From NCBI GenBank assembly GCA_964450735.1, contig CAYVDC010000003.1, positions 40,342 to 104,341 of the forward strand: a stretch of 64,000 nt of DNA, in the 5' to 3' direction. Shown piece after piece: positions 1 to 9,578 of the stretch (the stretch's first letter is position 1; the number at the start of each line of letters is the position of its first letter). The translations under genes and the position numbers were made by a program. The stretch is from an uncultured Candidatus Saccharibacteria bacterium (GTDB lineage: Bacteria > Patescibacteriota > Minisyncoccia > Phycocordibacterales > UBA9973). A model generated the notes under the pieces. The model did no database searches and had not been told where the DNA came from. It saw only the letters and a program-made list of their open reading frames with translations.

Positions 1-570
1 TTGAATGTTTCCAAAATGATGGAATCATTAAAACATATGCAGCATGGTCTTACTGTTTCGGGTAAAACTATACTTCTTGGGCCAGAATATACCATTACCG
101 GAGTTGATATGAAAAAACTTACGGATGAATCCCAGGAATATTCCCTCGAAGTGAATTCTAATTTTTTCTTCGAAATGCTCTCTACATTTCCCACAACGGA
201 CATATATTCGCTGGAAGAAATCGTGTTTGCTGATGTCATTGAGCTTGACACAGATGTATATGGAGAAGAAGAAAAAATAATCTTACGAAGGCTTTCTTCG
301 AAGCAGTATGAATTGCATAAATGGGCAATGAGCCGGAAAAACTCGGATGGTGAATGGGATTTTATTTTTTCAATAAGATGGAAAGATATTCATGCCTACT
401 ATACTGCGACCAATCAGACAGATATGCTAAAGGATGAAAAGCCACTTACAAAGAAAAACGAGAATGATACTTATCTATTTTGTGTTGAATCACATCGTTT
501 ATCAAAACTTGTATTTCGGTTTTACATCGAACAAAAAGAGGACACAACAGAAGAGATAAATACTATTTAG
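1..570 (+). CDS. hypothetical protein (begins at the window edge on a TTG, so the 5' end may be truncated)
   Basis: Long ORF from the track with no recognisable motif. It is followed by an intrinsic terminator. Confidence 0.4.
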   Translation: MNVSKMMESLKHMQHGLTVSGKTILLGPEYTITGVDMKKLTDESQEYSLEVNSNFFFEMLSTFPTTDIYSLEEIVFADVIELDTDVYGEEEKIILRRLSSKQYELHKWAMSRKNSDGEWDFIFSIRWKDIHAYYTATNQTDMLKDEKPLTKKNENDTYLFCVESHRLSKLVFRFYIEQKEDTTEEINTI

Positions 571-575
571 AATAG

Positions 576-604
576 CCGGTCTGCTTGCAGACCGGCGTTT
601 TTTA
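576..604 (+). terminator. rho-independent terminator
   Basis: GC hairpin ccggtctgc..gcagaccgg followed by a T-run (cgtttttta). Confidence 0.6.
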
Positions 605-631
605 TGCTATACTATATACAGTTAAATAAGT

Positions 632-770
632 GCAATTATCAAGAGCGCGGGGAGAGTACTGACTCTACGATCCGCCAGCAACCAGTCAAATGACATGGTG
701 CTCCATTCAGCCCGCTTGGGGAGATAAGCTAGTCGCAAACTCTTCCGTATGGGAGAGTTTTATTTTTTAT
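632..770 (+). promoter_or_regulatory. SAM-I (S-box) riboswitch with terminator expression platform, in the metK 5' leader
   Basis: The sequence UUAUCAAGAGCGCGGGGAG...GCAACC...GGUGCUCCAUUCAGCCC...GGGGAGAUAAG matches the SAM-I core (P1 UUAUC/GAUAA, GCAACC, GGUGCU). The hairpin ctcttcc-gtat-gggagag plus T-run at 740-770 acts as the terminator. It lies immediately upstream of metK. Confidence 0.75.
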
Positions 771-792
771 TCAGCTATAGTTAATTGATTCC

Positions 793-1851
793 ATGTTTAC
801 AGACACTCTTCTCCAAACCTATACCGTCGAAAGCGTTACCAATGGCCATCCCGACAAAGTATGCGATCAGATTTCTGACGCTATTTTGGATGCACTCCTA
901 ATACAGGATCCGAACAGCCGTGTTGCCGTTGAAGCTTTTGGCTGTCACGGACTCCTTGTGATTGGCGGCGAAGTTACAACGAACGGCGTTGTGGACTATG
1001 CGGAAATTGCTCGTAACGTCTATACAAAAATCGGTTATGAGAATCCTCTGGAAATAGTCACCCGTGTCGTTACACAGTCACCGGAAATTGCACAGGAAGT
1101 AAACTTTGGCGGAGCAGGAGACCAGGGAATCATGTATGGTTTTGCGACAGACGAAACAGAAGAATTTTTGCCAACAGGAGTAGTGCTCGTGCACAAGCTT
1201 GCAAAACGTTTGGAAGAAGCCCGACGTGAAAAAATAATCCCTTGGCTGCTTCCTGATGGAAAGACTCAGGTTACGATCGTCGATGGAAAGCTGCAAACAA
1301 TTGTTGTTAGCACACAGCATATGCCGGGAATTACTCAGCAAGAAATCATCCAAGAAATAACTCAGAAAATCATCGCTCCTCTGGTTGGCGATGTTTCCGG
1401 CATTGAATTAATAATTAATCCTTCTGGTTCGTTTACAAGCGGTGGTTTCGACGCAGACGCGGGACTAACTGGACGAAAAATAATGGTGGACACCTATGGC
1501 GGACTTGCTCCGCATGGCGGAGGCGCGTTCTCAGGAAAAGATTCAACCAAGGTTGATCGCTCTGCTGCATATATGGCTCGCTTTGCGGCAAAAAATATCG
1601 TTGCAAATAAATTGGCCAAGAAAGCATTGGTCTCAGTTTCGTACGCAATCGGTCGTGTTGATCCGGTACAGGTTCTTGCCTTCAATGAAAAGGGAGAAGA
1701 CATCTCCGAACTCGTTACAAAACATTTTGACTTCCGTCCGAGAGCGATCATTGAGCGACTCGGGTTGCGATTGCCGATCTTTGAGCAGACTGCGGCGTAC
1801 GGACATTTTGGGAAGGATGGATTGCCATGGGAGGAGATAATTAGTCTCTAA
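793..1851 (+). CDS. metK: S-adenosylmethionine synthetase
   Basis: N-terminal ESVTNGHPDKVCDQISDAILDA motif and overall MetK-like sequence. The gene sits behind the SAM riboswitch. Confidence 0.9.
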   Translation: MFTDTLLQTYTVESVTNGHPDKVCDQISDAILDALLIQDPNSRVAVEAFGCHGLLVIGGEVTTNGVVDYAEIARNVYTKIGYENPLEIVTRVVTQSPEIAQEVNFGGAGDQGIMYGFATDETEEFLPTGVVLVHKLAKRLEEARREKIIPWLLPDGKTQVTIVDGKLQTIVVSTQHMPGITQQEIIQEITQKIIAPLVGDVSGIELIINPSGSFTSGGFDADAGLTGRKIMVDTYGGLAPHGGGAFSGKDSTKVDRSAAYMARFAAKNIVANKLAKKALVSVSYAIGRVDPVQVLAFNEKGEDISELVTKHFDFRPRAIIERLGLRLPIFEQTAAYGHFGKDGLPWEEIISL

Positions 1852-1904
1852 GAGCAAATATTGACAAAGGTGTATTTATGTTCTAATGTAAGCAAAAATA
1901 CATT

Positions 1905-2777
1905 ATGCAAAATATACTTTTTTACTCGTTCGTACTAGCAGTACTTGGATTTTCGAGCTGCAACTATTCTCAAAATCAAAACAAAGAATATGACAAATAT
2001 TTTTTAGAAGAACAACAATCAGAACCTCAGCCGGTATATATTCCATCGCTTCCTGAGCAAGCTAGAGACAAGATGGTTAGAGTGAGATCAATTGCGCGCT
2101 CAATTCTGGCACAGTCTTTGGATAAACGCAGTAGAGAAATTGAGGCGATAGAAGCAAAAGTTTCTTCTGGCTGGCTCGATAGCGTTTCCGATTGTTATAA
2201 CCTTAACTTGAAAATGTTACAGCCTAATATTGGGGTGGCATTGGTGATAATTGATACTGCTGCACGCAGGTACATTAACTCACAATGCGAAACTACCAAT
2301 CAATTTGGAAACGAGAATGCTTCAATGCTTTTTGTCGCTCCTGAACTAAGTTTGGTTGAAGGGGATACTATCCTCTATATAATGGCGGATTGGCAAACAT
2401 TTTCTGCCAAAGACGATAAGGTTGGTGCATTAGAATATCTCCATGAACTGATGCATGTATTGCAATGGTTGAAAAAACCTCAGCATATTGCGGAGCGGAA
2501 CAAGGAATCTTTTGCTCGTGAAAGCGAAGCTTGGCAATATCAGATCGATCTTTGGGTTAATTCACTTGAGCCAGAAAAACGCGATGCCTTGTCTGCGAGA
2601 AAAAGGTACTACATACAATTCCCAGTAGATTCATTTATGAGTGGAGGCATTTATCAAGATGAAGCTGATTTTATGATAAAAACAGTTGGCTCATACCAAG
2701 GTTATTGGGAGATGTTCCTCTATTATACTTTCGGGCCGGCATATATTCAGCGCAGCTATAAGTCGCTACAAAAATAA
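1905..2777 (+). CDS. hypothetical lipoprotein with an HExxH motif (possible metallopeptidase-like)
   Basis: Signal peptide with lipobox (LGFSSC) and an HELMH motif. There is no firm family assignment. Confidence 0.45.
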   Translation: MQNILFYSFVLAVLGFSSCNYSQNQNKEYDKYFLEEQQSEPQPVYIPSLPEQARDKMVRVRSIARSILAQSLDKRSREIEAIEAKVSSGWLDSVSDCYNLNLKMLQPNIGVALVIIDTAARRYINSQCETTNQFGNENASMLFVAPELSLVEGDTILYIMADWQTFSAKDDKVGALEYLHELMHVLQWLKKPQHIAERNKESFARESEAWQYQIDLWVNSLEPEKRDALSARKRYYIQFPVDSFMSGGIYQDEADFMIKTVGSYQGYWEMFLYYTFGPAYIQRSYKSLQK

Positions 2778-2867
2778 CTACAATATATAGTTTCGAGGCA
2801 GTTGGTCAAAAAATGACGACTGCCTCTTTTTTATTGCTGTACCTTTTTCTGCTATACTAATTCCATC

Positions 2868-3692
2868 ATGCAAATAGTAAAATCCACCGGTGAAAAACAG
2901 GCATTCAACAAGGCTAAACTCTGCGTATCCCTCAAGCGCTCAGGCGCGCCGGATGATATGGCAAATGCTGTGTGTGCAAAAGTAGAAGAAAAAGTAACGC
3001 CGGGAATTTCAACTTCAAAAGTATACAGGGAAGCGCTGAGATACTTGGTAAAGGAAGATCGAGATGTTGCTGCTCGATACAGCCTGTATCGAGGTATTGC
3101 AGCACTGGGACCCGCAGGTTTCTTGTTCGAGCAATATATTGAGGTAGTGCTCCAGGCTCATGGATACAAAACGATGCGGGACATTTACGTAAAGGGTGCA
3201 TGCATCAGTCATGAAATAGATCTGATTGCCATAAAGGATGGAACGCAGTATTTTATGGAACTTAAATATCACAATGAGCAGGGAATTAAGACGCACGTTC
3301 CCGTGATCATGTATGCCTACGCGCGGCTTGACGATTTGTCTCGAGCGCAGAATGAAAAAGCTGGGCAGAAATACAAGAATGCCATGTGGCTCATTACCAA
3401 TACTAAATTCACTGATACCGCACTGCAGTACGCCAAGTGCAAGCGCATTCGACTGTCTGGGTGGAATTATCCTGATCAAGGTGGATTGGAAGACATGATC
3501 GTCGAGAAGAAATTATATCCAGTTACCGTGTTGCCGTCGATCAATCAGCAATTGCTGGTAGAATTGGCAAAGCGAAAAATAATTCTCGCGCAAGATCTTG
3601 CAACATACTCAGTTTCAGATCTCAAGAAAATGGGAATTACTGAAACACTGGGGCAAAAAATTATTCAGGAGGTTACTGGATTATTCAAATGA
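2868..3692 (+). CDS. ATP-cone domain protein fused to an Mrr-like (PD-(D/E)xK) restriction-endonuclease-like domain
   Basis: The N-terminus MQIVKSTGEKQAFNKAKLCVSL is ATP-cone-like. The central IDLIAIKDGTQYFMELKYH segment resembles a D...ExK nuclease core. Confidence 0.45.
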   Translation: MQIVKSTGEKQAFNKAKLCVSLKRSGAPDDMANAVCAKVEEKVTPGISTSKVYREALRYLVKEDRDVAARYSLYRGIAALGPAGFLFEQYIEVVLQAHGYKTMRDIYVKGACISHEIDLIAIKDGTQYFMELKYHNEQGIKTHVPVIMYAYARLDDLSRAQNEKAGQKYKNAMWLITNTKFTDTALQYAKCKRIRLSGWNYPDQGGLEDMIVEKKLYPVTVLPSINQQLLVELAKRKIILAQDLATYSVSDLKKMGITETLGQKIIQEVTGLFK

Positions 3693-3916
3693 GTATCAAG
3701 AAAAAAATCTTCATAGGTCTCGGGATTTTTCTAGGACTTTTTATTTTAAACGGTCTACTTACGCGTACTACATGCGTTTCTCAAATTGATCCAATAGATG
3801 GAATGGGCAGTATGTCTTGTTCTAAAAATAAATTACGAGATTGGGAAGCAAGTATAGGGTATTGGTATATGAGAACAATTGTAATACCGTATCATATGAA
3901 TCATCCTAAGTCGTAA
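3689..3916 (+). CDS. small hypothetical membrane protein
   Basis: ORF with one hydrophobic N-terminal helix. Its start overlaps the upstream stop by 4 nt. Confidence 0.3.
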   Translation: MSIKKKIFIGLGIFLGLFILNGLLTRTTCVSQIDPIDGMGSMSCSKNKLRDWEASIGYWYMRTIVIPYHMNHPKS

Positions 3917-3959
3917 TACACTTAATGCGCGGGCAAGCCAATTTTGGTATACTCGCCAC

Positions 3960-4658
3960 ATGCAAATGGGAACCCTTTCAATCGTCGCAACACCAATAGG
4001 AAACATGGAAGACATTACGCTTCGAGCGCTTCGCGTGCTTGCAGAGGCTGATATCGTTTTGTGTGAAGACACTCGAACATCGGGAAAACTTTTTGCGTAC
4101 CACAAAATCAAAGCAAAGAAATTTGCCAGCTACAATGCGCACAGTACTTCAGGAAAATCCGATTTTGTATTGGATGCTTTGAAAGAAGGGAAGAATGTGG
4201 CTTTGATTTCAGACGCAGGCACGCCGGGGATTTCAGATCCAGGTATGTTGTTGGTCAGACAGGTGCGAGATGCGTTTGGGGCCGAAGCGAATATTGTCGC
4301 AGTCCCGGGAGCTTCGGCCCTGATTTCCGCATTGTCTATCAGCGGCGTTTCGGCAGCGCCATTTTTGTTCCATGGATTTATTCCGCACAAGAAAGGCCGC
4401 GAGACACTTTTTAAACAAATTCGCGATGACGTCATCAATACGCACGTTGCATATGAATCTTCGCACCGCATCGTCAAAGCACTTCTTTCACTCGCGAAAC
4501 TCCTACAGGAAGGACGAAAGGTTATGATCGCCCGAGAAATTACCAAAATGCATGAAGAAGTACTTGAAGGAAGCGCTGAAGAAATTGCAGGAATTTTGAC
4601 TAAAACTCCAGTGAAGCAGAAAGGGGAGTTTGTGCTAATAGTGGCGGCGCAAGGATAA
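3960..4658 (+). CDS. rsmI: 16S rRNA (cytidine1402-2'-O)-methyltransferase
   Basis: N-terminal GTLSIVATPIGNMEDITLRALRVLAEADIVLCEDTR is typical of the RsmI tetrapyrrole-methylase fold. Confidence 0.85.
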   Translation: MQMGTLSIVATPIGNMEDITLRALRVLAEADIVLCEDTRTSGKLFAYHKIKAKKFASYNAHSTSGKSDFVLDALKEGKNVALISDAGTPGISDPGMLLVRQVRDAFGAEANIVAVPGASALISALSISGVSAAPFLFHGFIPHKKGRETLFKQIRDDVINTHVAYESSHRIVKALLSLAKLLQEGRKVMIAREITKMHEEVLEGSAEEIAGILTKTPVKQKGEFVLIVAAQG

Positions 4659-4706
4659 TACTGCACATGTTGCATTCTATAGGGGAAAATGTGATATAAT
4701 CGACCC

Positions 4707-4946
4707 ATGATATTCGCACGAACAACAGCCATTACAGGACTTATTCTCGTTCTTTTGCCCGCATTGGGATTGCCGACTTCTTGGAAGATGGGCGTCTGCA
4801 TCATTGCCGGCATAGTCTTGTTGTATCTCGGCTACAAAGAATACCGTATTGCTGAACGCCACCGTCTTGCTCGCGAAGAGCGAACCAAAACATATACTGA
4901 AAGCACTTTTGAGGCATCAGACGAATCTCGAGTACCGCGAGTATAA
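4707..4946 (+). CDS. small hypothetical membrane protein
   Basis: Two predicted TM helices. It directly precedes the next gene. Confidence 0.35.
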   Translation: MIFARTTAITGLILVLLPALGLPTSWKMGVCIIAGIVLLYLGYKEYRIAERHRLAREERTKTYTESTFEASDESRVPRV

Positions 4947-4948
4947 CT

Positions 4949-6172
4949 ATGAATACACGAATCATGGTGCCAGTCATTCTGGTCGGAATCCTTCTTGCCG
5001 GAGGAGCATATTTTGCTATTCCAATGATGTCTAAAAACACCTATGATACAAAAACAGCAGTCGTTGCTTCTGTAGTAGAAGAAGGTGCTCTTGTAGAGAC
5101 GCTTCCGGAAGCTTCAGATAATGGCGGTACCGGTATAGACACTGGATCAGAAGGCGCTCCAAGTTCGAGTATTGCCGTAACGCATATTGCAACTCCATCG
5201 TCCGTAAAAGCTCTCTATATGTCGAGCTGGGTTGCTGGAACTCCATCGTTTCGCGCAAAGCTTGTAAAGATCGCAGAGGAGACTGAGATTAATACTTTGG
5301 TTATCGATATCAAGGACGCTACGGGAAAAGTTTCGTTTCTTGCTCATGATCCTGCACTTACTGCGCTCGGTTCAACAGAAAACCGCATAGGCGATCTTGA
5401 TGAGTTCATCGCATCTCTCCACGCTAAAGGTATTTATGTGATTGGCCGCATTGCTGTTTTCCAAGATCCATATATGACCGTCAAACATCCTGATTGGGCA
5501 ATTACCAAAAAGAGCGACGGTGCTATCTGGAAAGATTTTAAGGGATTAAGTTTTCTTGATCCATCAAATTCAGATGTACGAAAGTATATTGTTTCAATCG
5601 CAAAGGAATCGTATGCCCATGGATTTGATGAAATCAATTTCGACTATGTTCGATTTCCATCAGATGGAAAAATTTCTGACATTGCATATCCGAATGTAAA
5701 TGGTACGACAACGCGAGCTGATATTATTGAATCTTTCTTCAAAGAATTACATGAGTCGCTGGCGGGCACAGGTATTATTACTTCAGCTGACCTTTTTGGT
5801 TTGGTAACGACATCAAATGATGATCTCGGCATTGGCCAAGTCCTCGAAAAAGCATTGCCGTATTTTGATTTCATCTGCCCAATGGTCTATCCGTCTCACT
5901 TCGGAGCTGGCTGGAATGGCTACAAAAATCCCGCAGAACATCCATATGAAGTTATCCATGAAAGCATGGCTCGTGCTGTTGAACGAGCAAAGGCAATGGG
6001 ACAGGATCCGCTCAAGCTTCGTCCGTGGCTCCAGGACTTTAATATGGGCGCAACGTACACTTCTGATATGATCAAAGCTCAGATCAAAGGCACCTATGAT
6101 GCGGGTTTGACATCATGGCTCATGTGGAGCGCTGCCAATACCTATACTAGAGGTGCACTTGCCGAGGAATAA
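4949..6172 (+). CDS. putative glycosyl-hydrolase-like TIM-barrel protein (GHL/DUF4015-like), membrane-anchored
   Basis: N-terminal TM helix, then LYMSSWVAG...TLVIDIKD...GIYVIGRIAVFQDP, resembling the putative glycoside-hydrolase-like family. Confidence 0.45.
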   Translation: MNTRIMVPVILVGILLAGGAYFAIPMMSKNTYDTKTAVVASVVEEGALVETLPEASDNGGTGIDTGSEGAPSSSIAVTHIATPSSVKALYMSSWVAGTPSFRAKLVKIAEETEINTLVIDIKDATGKVSFLAHDPALTALGSTENRIGDLDEFIASLHAKGIYVIGRIAVFQDPYMTVKHPDWAITKKSDGAIWKDFKGLSFLDPSNSDVRKYIVSIAKESYAHGFDEINFDYVRFPSDGKISDIAYPNVNGTTTRADIIESFFKELHESLAGTGIITSADLFGLVTTSNDDLGIGQVLEKALPYFDFICPMVYPSHFGAGWNGYKNPAEHPYEVIHESMARAVERAKAMGQDPLKLRPWLQDFNMGATYTSDMIKAQIKGTYDAGLTSWLMWSAANTYTRGALAEE

Positions 6173-6219
6173 TGTATCATTGACCCTAGCGTCTATATTT
6201 GAAATAATAAGCCAGTTAT

Positions 6220-7437
6220 ATGCAACATACTAAAAATCTTAAGTTTTATATCGTAGGGGTCGGAATTCTAGTCCTCGTATTTGCCGCCGGCGCTTTGGCC
6301 GGTTACTCACGAAGACCTTGGATCGATCGCGTCTTGGCCGTTACCAATAAAGAGCCACAGGTGGTGACAAACGCTGATTTTGCGCCGTTTTGGAAGGTCT
6401 GGAACATCATAAACGAGAAATACCCAACTCCTGACGTTGCAACTGACCAGGAACGCGTATGGGCCGCTACGCAGGGTCTTATGTCCTCGCTCAAAGACCC
6501 GTATTCAGTCTTTTTCCCTCCAAAAGATGCCAAGAGCTTTAATGAGCAGATCAAAGGTGAGTTTACTGGCGTTGGCATGGAAGTCGGCATCAAGGACGGT
6601 TTGCTGACTGTTGTTGCCCCGCTCAAAAACACTCCAGCAGAACGTGCTGGCATGAAAACCGGCGACAAGATCATCAAGATTGACGATGTTTCTACCGCTG
6701 ACTTGGCGCTTGATAAAGCGATTGAAATGATGCGCGGTACCAAGGGTACTACCGTCAAACTTACTGTTGTTCGTGAAGGTGAGGAAACATCTCGCGAAGT
6801 TTCAATCGTACGCGATACGATCTCGATTCCCACAATTGATCACAAGATTTTACTAAACGGCGTCCATGTTATTAGCCTCTATAGCTTCGATGCTAATTCT
6901 GCAAATTTGTTTAGAAATGAAATTCTTTCATTTAAGCAAAGCGGTGCTACGCAGCTGGTCCTTGATCTCCGAGGTAATCCTGGCGGCTACCTTGATTCTG
7001 CTGTCGACATGGCGAGCTGGTTCTTGCCTGCAGGTACCACTGTTGTCAAAGAAGACTACGGCACTAAACAGTCGCAAGATGTTCTGAAGAGCAAAGGGTA
7101 CAATATTTTCGGCAAGGATTTGAAAATGGCGATCTTGGTTGACGGTGGTTCTGCATCTGCTTCTGAGATTCTCGCTGGTGCGCTTTCGGAACACAAGATT
7201 GCTAAGTTGATTGGTCTTCAGACGTTCGGTAAGGGTTCAGTGCAGGAATTAATTCCGGTTACTGATGATACGTATGTCAAAGTCACCATTGCGAAATGGC
7301 TGACTCCGAACAACGTTTCGATTTCTGAAAAGGGTCTTACTCCTAATATCGTTGTTAAATCAAACAAGGGTGATCAGATTGGCAAGGCTGACGCGCAGAT
7401 GGATCGAGCGTTGCAATACGTTACTACAGGAAAATAA
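6220..7437 (+). CDS. ctpA: C-terminal processing peptidase, S41 family, with PDZ domain
   Basis: PDZ segment GVGMEVG...AGMKTGDKIIKIDD and S41 motif DLRGNPGGYLDSAVDMA. Confidence 0.85.
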   Translation: MQHTKNLKFYIVGVGILVLVFAAGALAGYSRRPWIDRVLAVTNKEPQVVTNADFAPFWKVWNIINEKYPTPDVATDQERVWAATQGLMSSLKDPYSVFFPPKDAKSFNEQIKGEFTGVGMEVGIKDGLLTVVAPLKNTPAERAGMKTGDKIIKIDDVSTADLALDKAIEMMRGTKGTTVKLTVVREGEETSREVSIVRDTISIPTIDHKILLNGVHVISLYSFDANSANLFRNEILSFKQSGATQLVLDLRGNPGGYLDSAVDMASWFLPAGTTVVKEDYGTKQSQDVLKSKGYNIFGKDLKMAILVDGGSASASEILAGALSEHKIAKLIGLQTFGKGSVQELIPVTDDTYVKVTIAKWLTPNNVSISEKGLTPNIVVKSNKGDQIGKADAQMDRALQYVTTGK

Positions 7438-7449
7438 CAGAGAAACATT

Positions 7450-7896
7450 ATGCAAGTACTACTATTACAGAACGTAAAGGGGATCGGCAAAGCAGGGGAG
7501 GTCAAAACGGTGAGCGACGGATATGCTCAAAATCTCTTGTTTCCCAAGAAATTGGCCGAGGTTGCGACTCCTGAAAAGATCGCCAAAATCAAAAATTCTG
7601 CGCAGGCTAAAATCGATGAAAAGAAACTTCATACTGATTTGACGATCAAAACATTGAGCGGACTTGATGGTTCGGAAATCGAACTTCACCGCAAGGTAAA
7701 CTCTGCCGGTGCGCTTTTTGGCAGCATTCATATTAGCGATGTTCGGGAAGCGATAAAATCTACTCACAAGATTTCTGTCGCAGAAGAGTACATCCATATT
7801 CCTGAGATGAAAACTACGGGAGAATTCAAAGCAAAGATCGGCGGCAAGACTTTAGGAAAAGAATTTTTACTGACTATTAAAGTGATCGGACAATAA
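7450..7896 (+). CDS. rplI: 50S ribosomal protein L9
   Basis: MQVLLLQNVKGIGKAGEVKTVSDGYAQNLLFPKKLA is a typical L9 N-terminus. Confidence 0.85.
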   Translation: MQVLLLQNVKGIGKAGEVKTVSDGYAQNLLFPKKLAEVATPEKIAKIKNSAQAKIDEKKLHTDLTIKTLSGLDGSEIELHRKVNSAGALFGSIHISDVREAIKSTHKISVAEEYIHIPEMKTTGEFKAKIGGKTLGKEFLLTIKVIGQ

Positions 7897-7903
7897 TCAT
7901 TCT

Positions 7904-9571
7904 ATGGAATCTGTAACGAAACAGTGCCAGAATTGCTCGATTGATTTCGTTATTGAAAGTGAGGATTTTTTCTTTTATGAAAAAATAAAAGTTCCACCAC
8001 CGACATTCTGTCCCGATTGTCGTCAGATGCGCCGTTATGCATGGCGAAATGAGCGAACTTTGTATCGTCGCGATTGTGACCTGTGTAAGAAGAAGATCGT
8101 TTCTATCTACCGAGAGGATTCCCCATATACTGTCTATTGTCCATCCTGTTGGTGGAGCGATGGATGGGATTCTGAATCATATGGACAGGACTATGATCCT
8201 TCAAAATCTTTTTTTGAACAGATGAACGAATTGAGGATGAAAGTCCCAAGGGTAGGATTGATGTCAAAGAACTGCGTCAATTCAGACTATGTGAATCATT
8301 CTTCAAATTCAAAGAACTGTTATATGAGCTTTGTTGCTTGGGAGTCTGAAGATTTGCTGTATTCGTCAAGCATCCTCAATGGAAAAAATTGCGTTGATTG
8401 TTACCGCACAGAGGAAGGCTCAAATGAGCGTTTATATGAGTGCATGACTTGCTATCGCTGCTACAAATGCCAGTATTGTTATCAGGTGCATGATTCATCT
8501 GATTGCTACTATTCATTTGATCTCAAAGGATGCACTGATTGTTTTCTTTCATATAACCTCCGCGGCAAGTCGTACTGCTTCATGAACGAGCAGTTAACTC
8601 GTGAAGAGTATTTTGAGCGCCTGAAACAATACGATCTTGGTTCAAGCAAGGTCCGAGAAGAATTATACAAGCTTTGGGTTGAGATTATTCAGAAAAAAGC
8701 TCTGCACCGGTCTTCGGTCATTGAACAGGCGGTAGATTGTACTGGTAACCTTATTTACAATTCAAAGAATGTCAAGAATGGATTTGAAGCGAATAATTGT
8801 GAAGACATGAAGTACACGATCGTTTCGACAGATTCAAAGGATATTATGGATTGCTATCACTATGGCGGCGGTAGTTCTTCGTTGATGTATGAGAGCCATG
8901 CGATCAGCGGAGGCAACTCAGTCATTGTCTGTCATCTGTCGTACGACAATTCGTTCATTTCTTATTGTGATACCTGCCACAACTCGCAGAATCTCTTCGG
9001 CTGTATTTCTGTCCGCAAAGGCTCATACATGATTTTAAATAAAAAATATTCTGAAGCGGAGTTCAAAGAATTGGTTCCGAAAATAATCGAGCGCATGAAA
9101 GAGGCAGGGGAGTACGGCGAATTTTTCCCAGCCGCCCATTCTCCGTTTGGATACAATGAAACTCAGGGCAACGTACATATGCCGCTTTCTAAGGAACAAG
9201 CGATTACATATGGATTGAAGTGGCAGGATTCATTGCCGGGAACATTTCATAAAGGAACAATGACAGCCGATGAATTGCCGGACACTATCAGTGAAGTTTC
9301 TGATTCGATTCTTGCTGAAATTCTTACTTCAGTCAAAACAGGCAGAAATTATAATATTGTTCCACAAGAGCTACAATTTTACCGACAGAACAATATCCCA
9401 ATTCCACAACTGCATCCAGATGAACGATACGAACGCAGGCTTGCACTCAAACCGAGCCGAAAGCTATTCAAGCGAACAACGGAAGATGAAGTTGAAGTTT
9501 TGACAGCCTATGCACCAGGCCGGCCGGAACGGATCGTGAGTGAGGAATATTATAAGAAAAATGTGCTATAA
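7904..9571 (+). CDS. cysteine-rich zinc-ribbon paralog A (type I; C-terminal zinc knuckle degenerate)
   Basis: N-terminal CQNC..F.I..EDFFFYEKIKVPPPTFCPDCRQMRR. It shares CILNKKYS, GEFFP...SPFGYNET and the ...YAPGRPERIV...KNVL tail with the six other copies in the window. The C-terminal CP.CR cysteines are replaced (HPDER). Confidence 0.8.
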   Translation: MESVTKQCQNCSIDFVIESEDFFFYEKIKVPPPTFCPDCRQMRRYAWRNERTLYRRDCDLCKKKIVSIYREDSPYTVYCPSCWWSDGWDSESYGQDYDPSKSFFEQMNELRMKVPRVGLMSKNCVNSDYVNHSSNSKNCYMSFVAWESEDLLYSSSILNGKNCVDCYRTEEGSNERLYECMTCYRCYKCQYCYQVHDSSDCYYSFDLKGCTDCFLSYNLRGKSYCFMNEQLTREEYFERLKQYDLGSSKVREELYKLWVEIIQKKALHRSSVIEQAVDCTGNLIYNSKNVKNGFEANNCEDMKYTIVSTDSKDIMDCYHYGGGSSSLMYESHAISGGNSVIVCHLSYDNSFISYCDTCHNSQNLFGCISVRKGSYMILNKKYSEAEFKELVPKIIERMKEAGEYGEFFPAAHSPFGYNETQGNVHMPLSKEQAITYGLKWQDSLPGTFHKGTMTADELPDTISEVSDSILAEILTSVKTGRNYNIVPQELQFYRQNNIPIPQLHPDERYERRLALKPSRKLFKRTTEDEVEVLTAYAPGRPERIVSEEYYKKNVL

Positions 9572-9578
9572 CTGATTT

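Noticed and set aside
1078-1857. Several ORFs antisense or out of frame within metK (1078-1353, 1433-1648, 1494-1751, 1496-1840, 1633-1857)
   Set aside because: They lie fully inside the well-supported metK gene and have low-complexity, Arg/Ser-rich translations typical of shadow ORFs.
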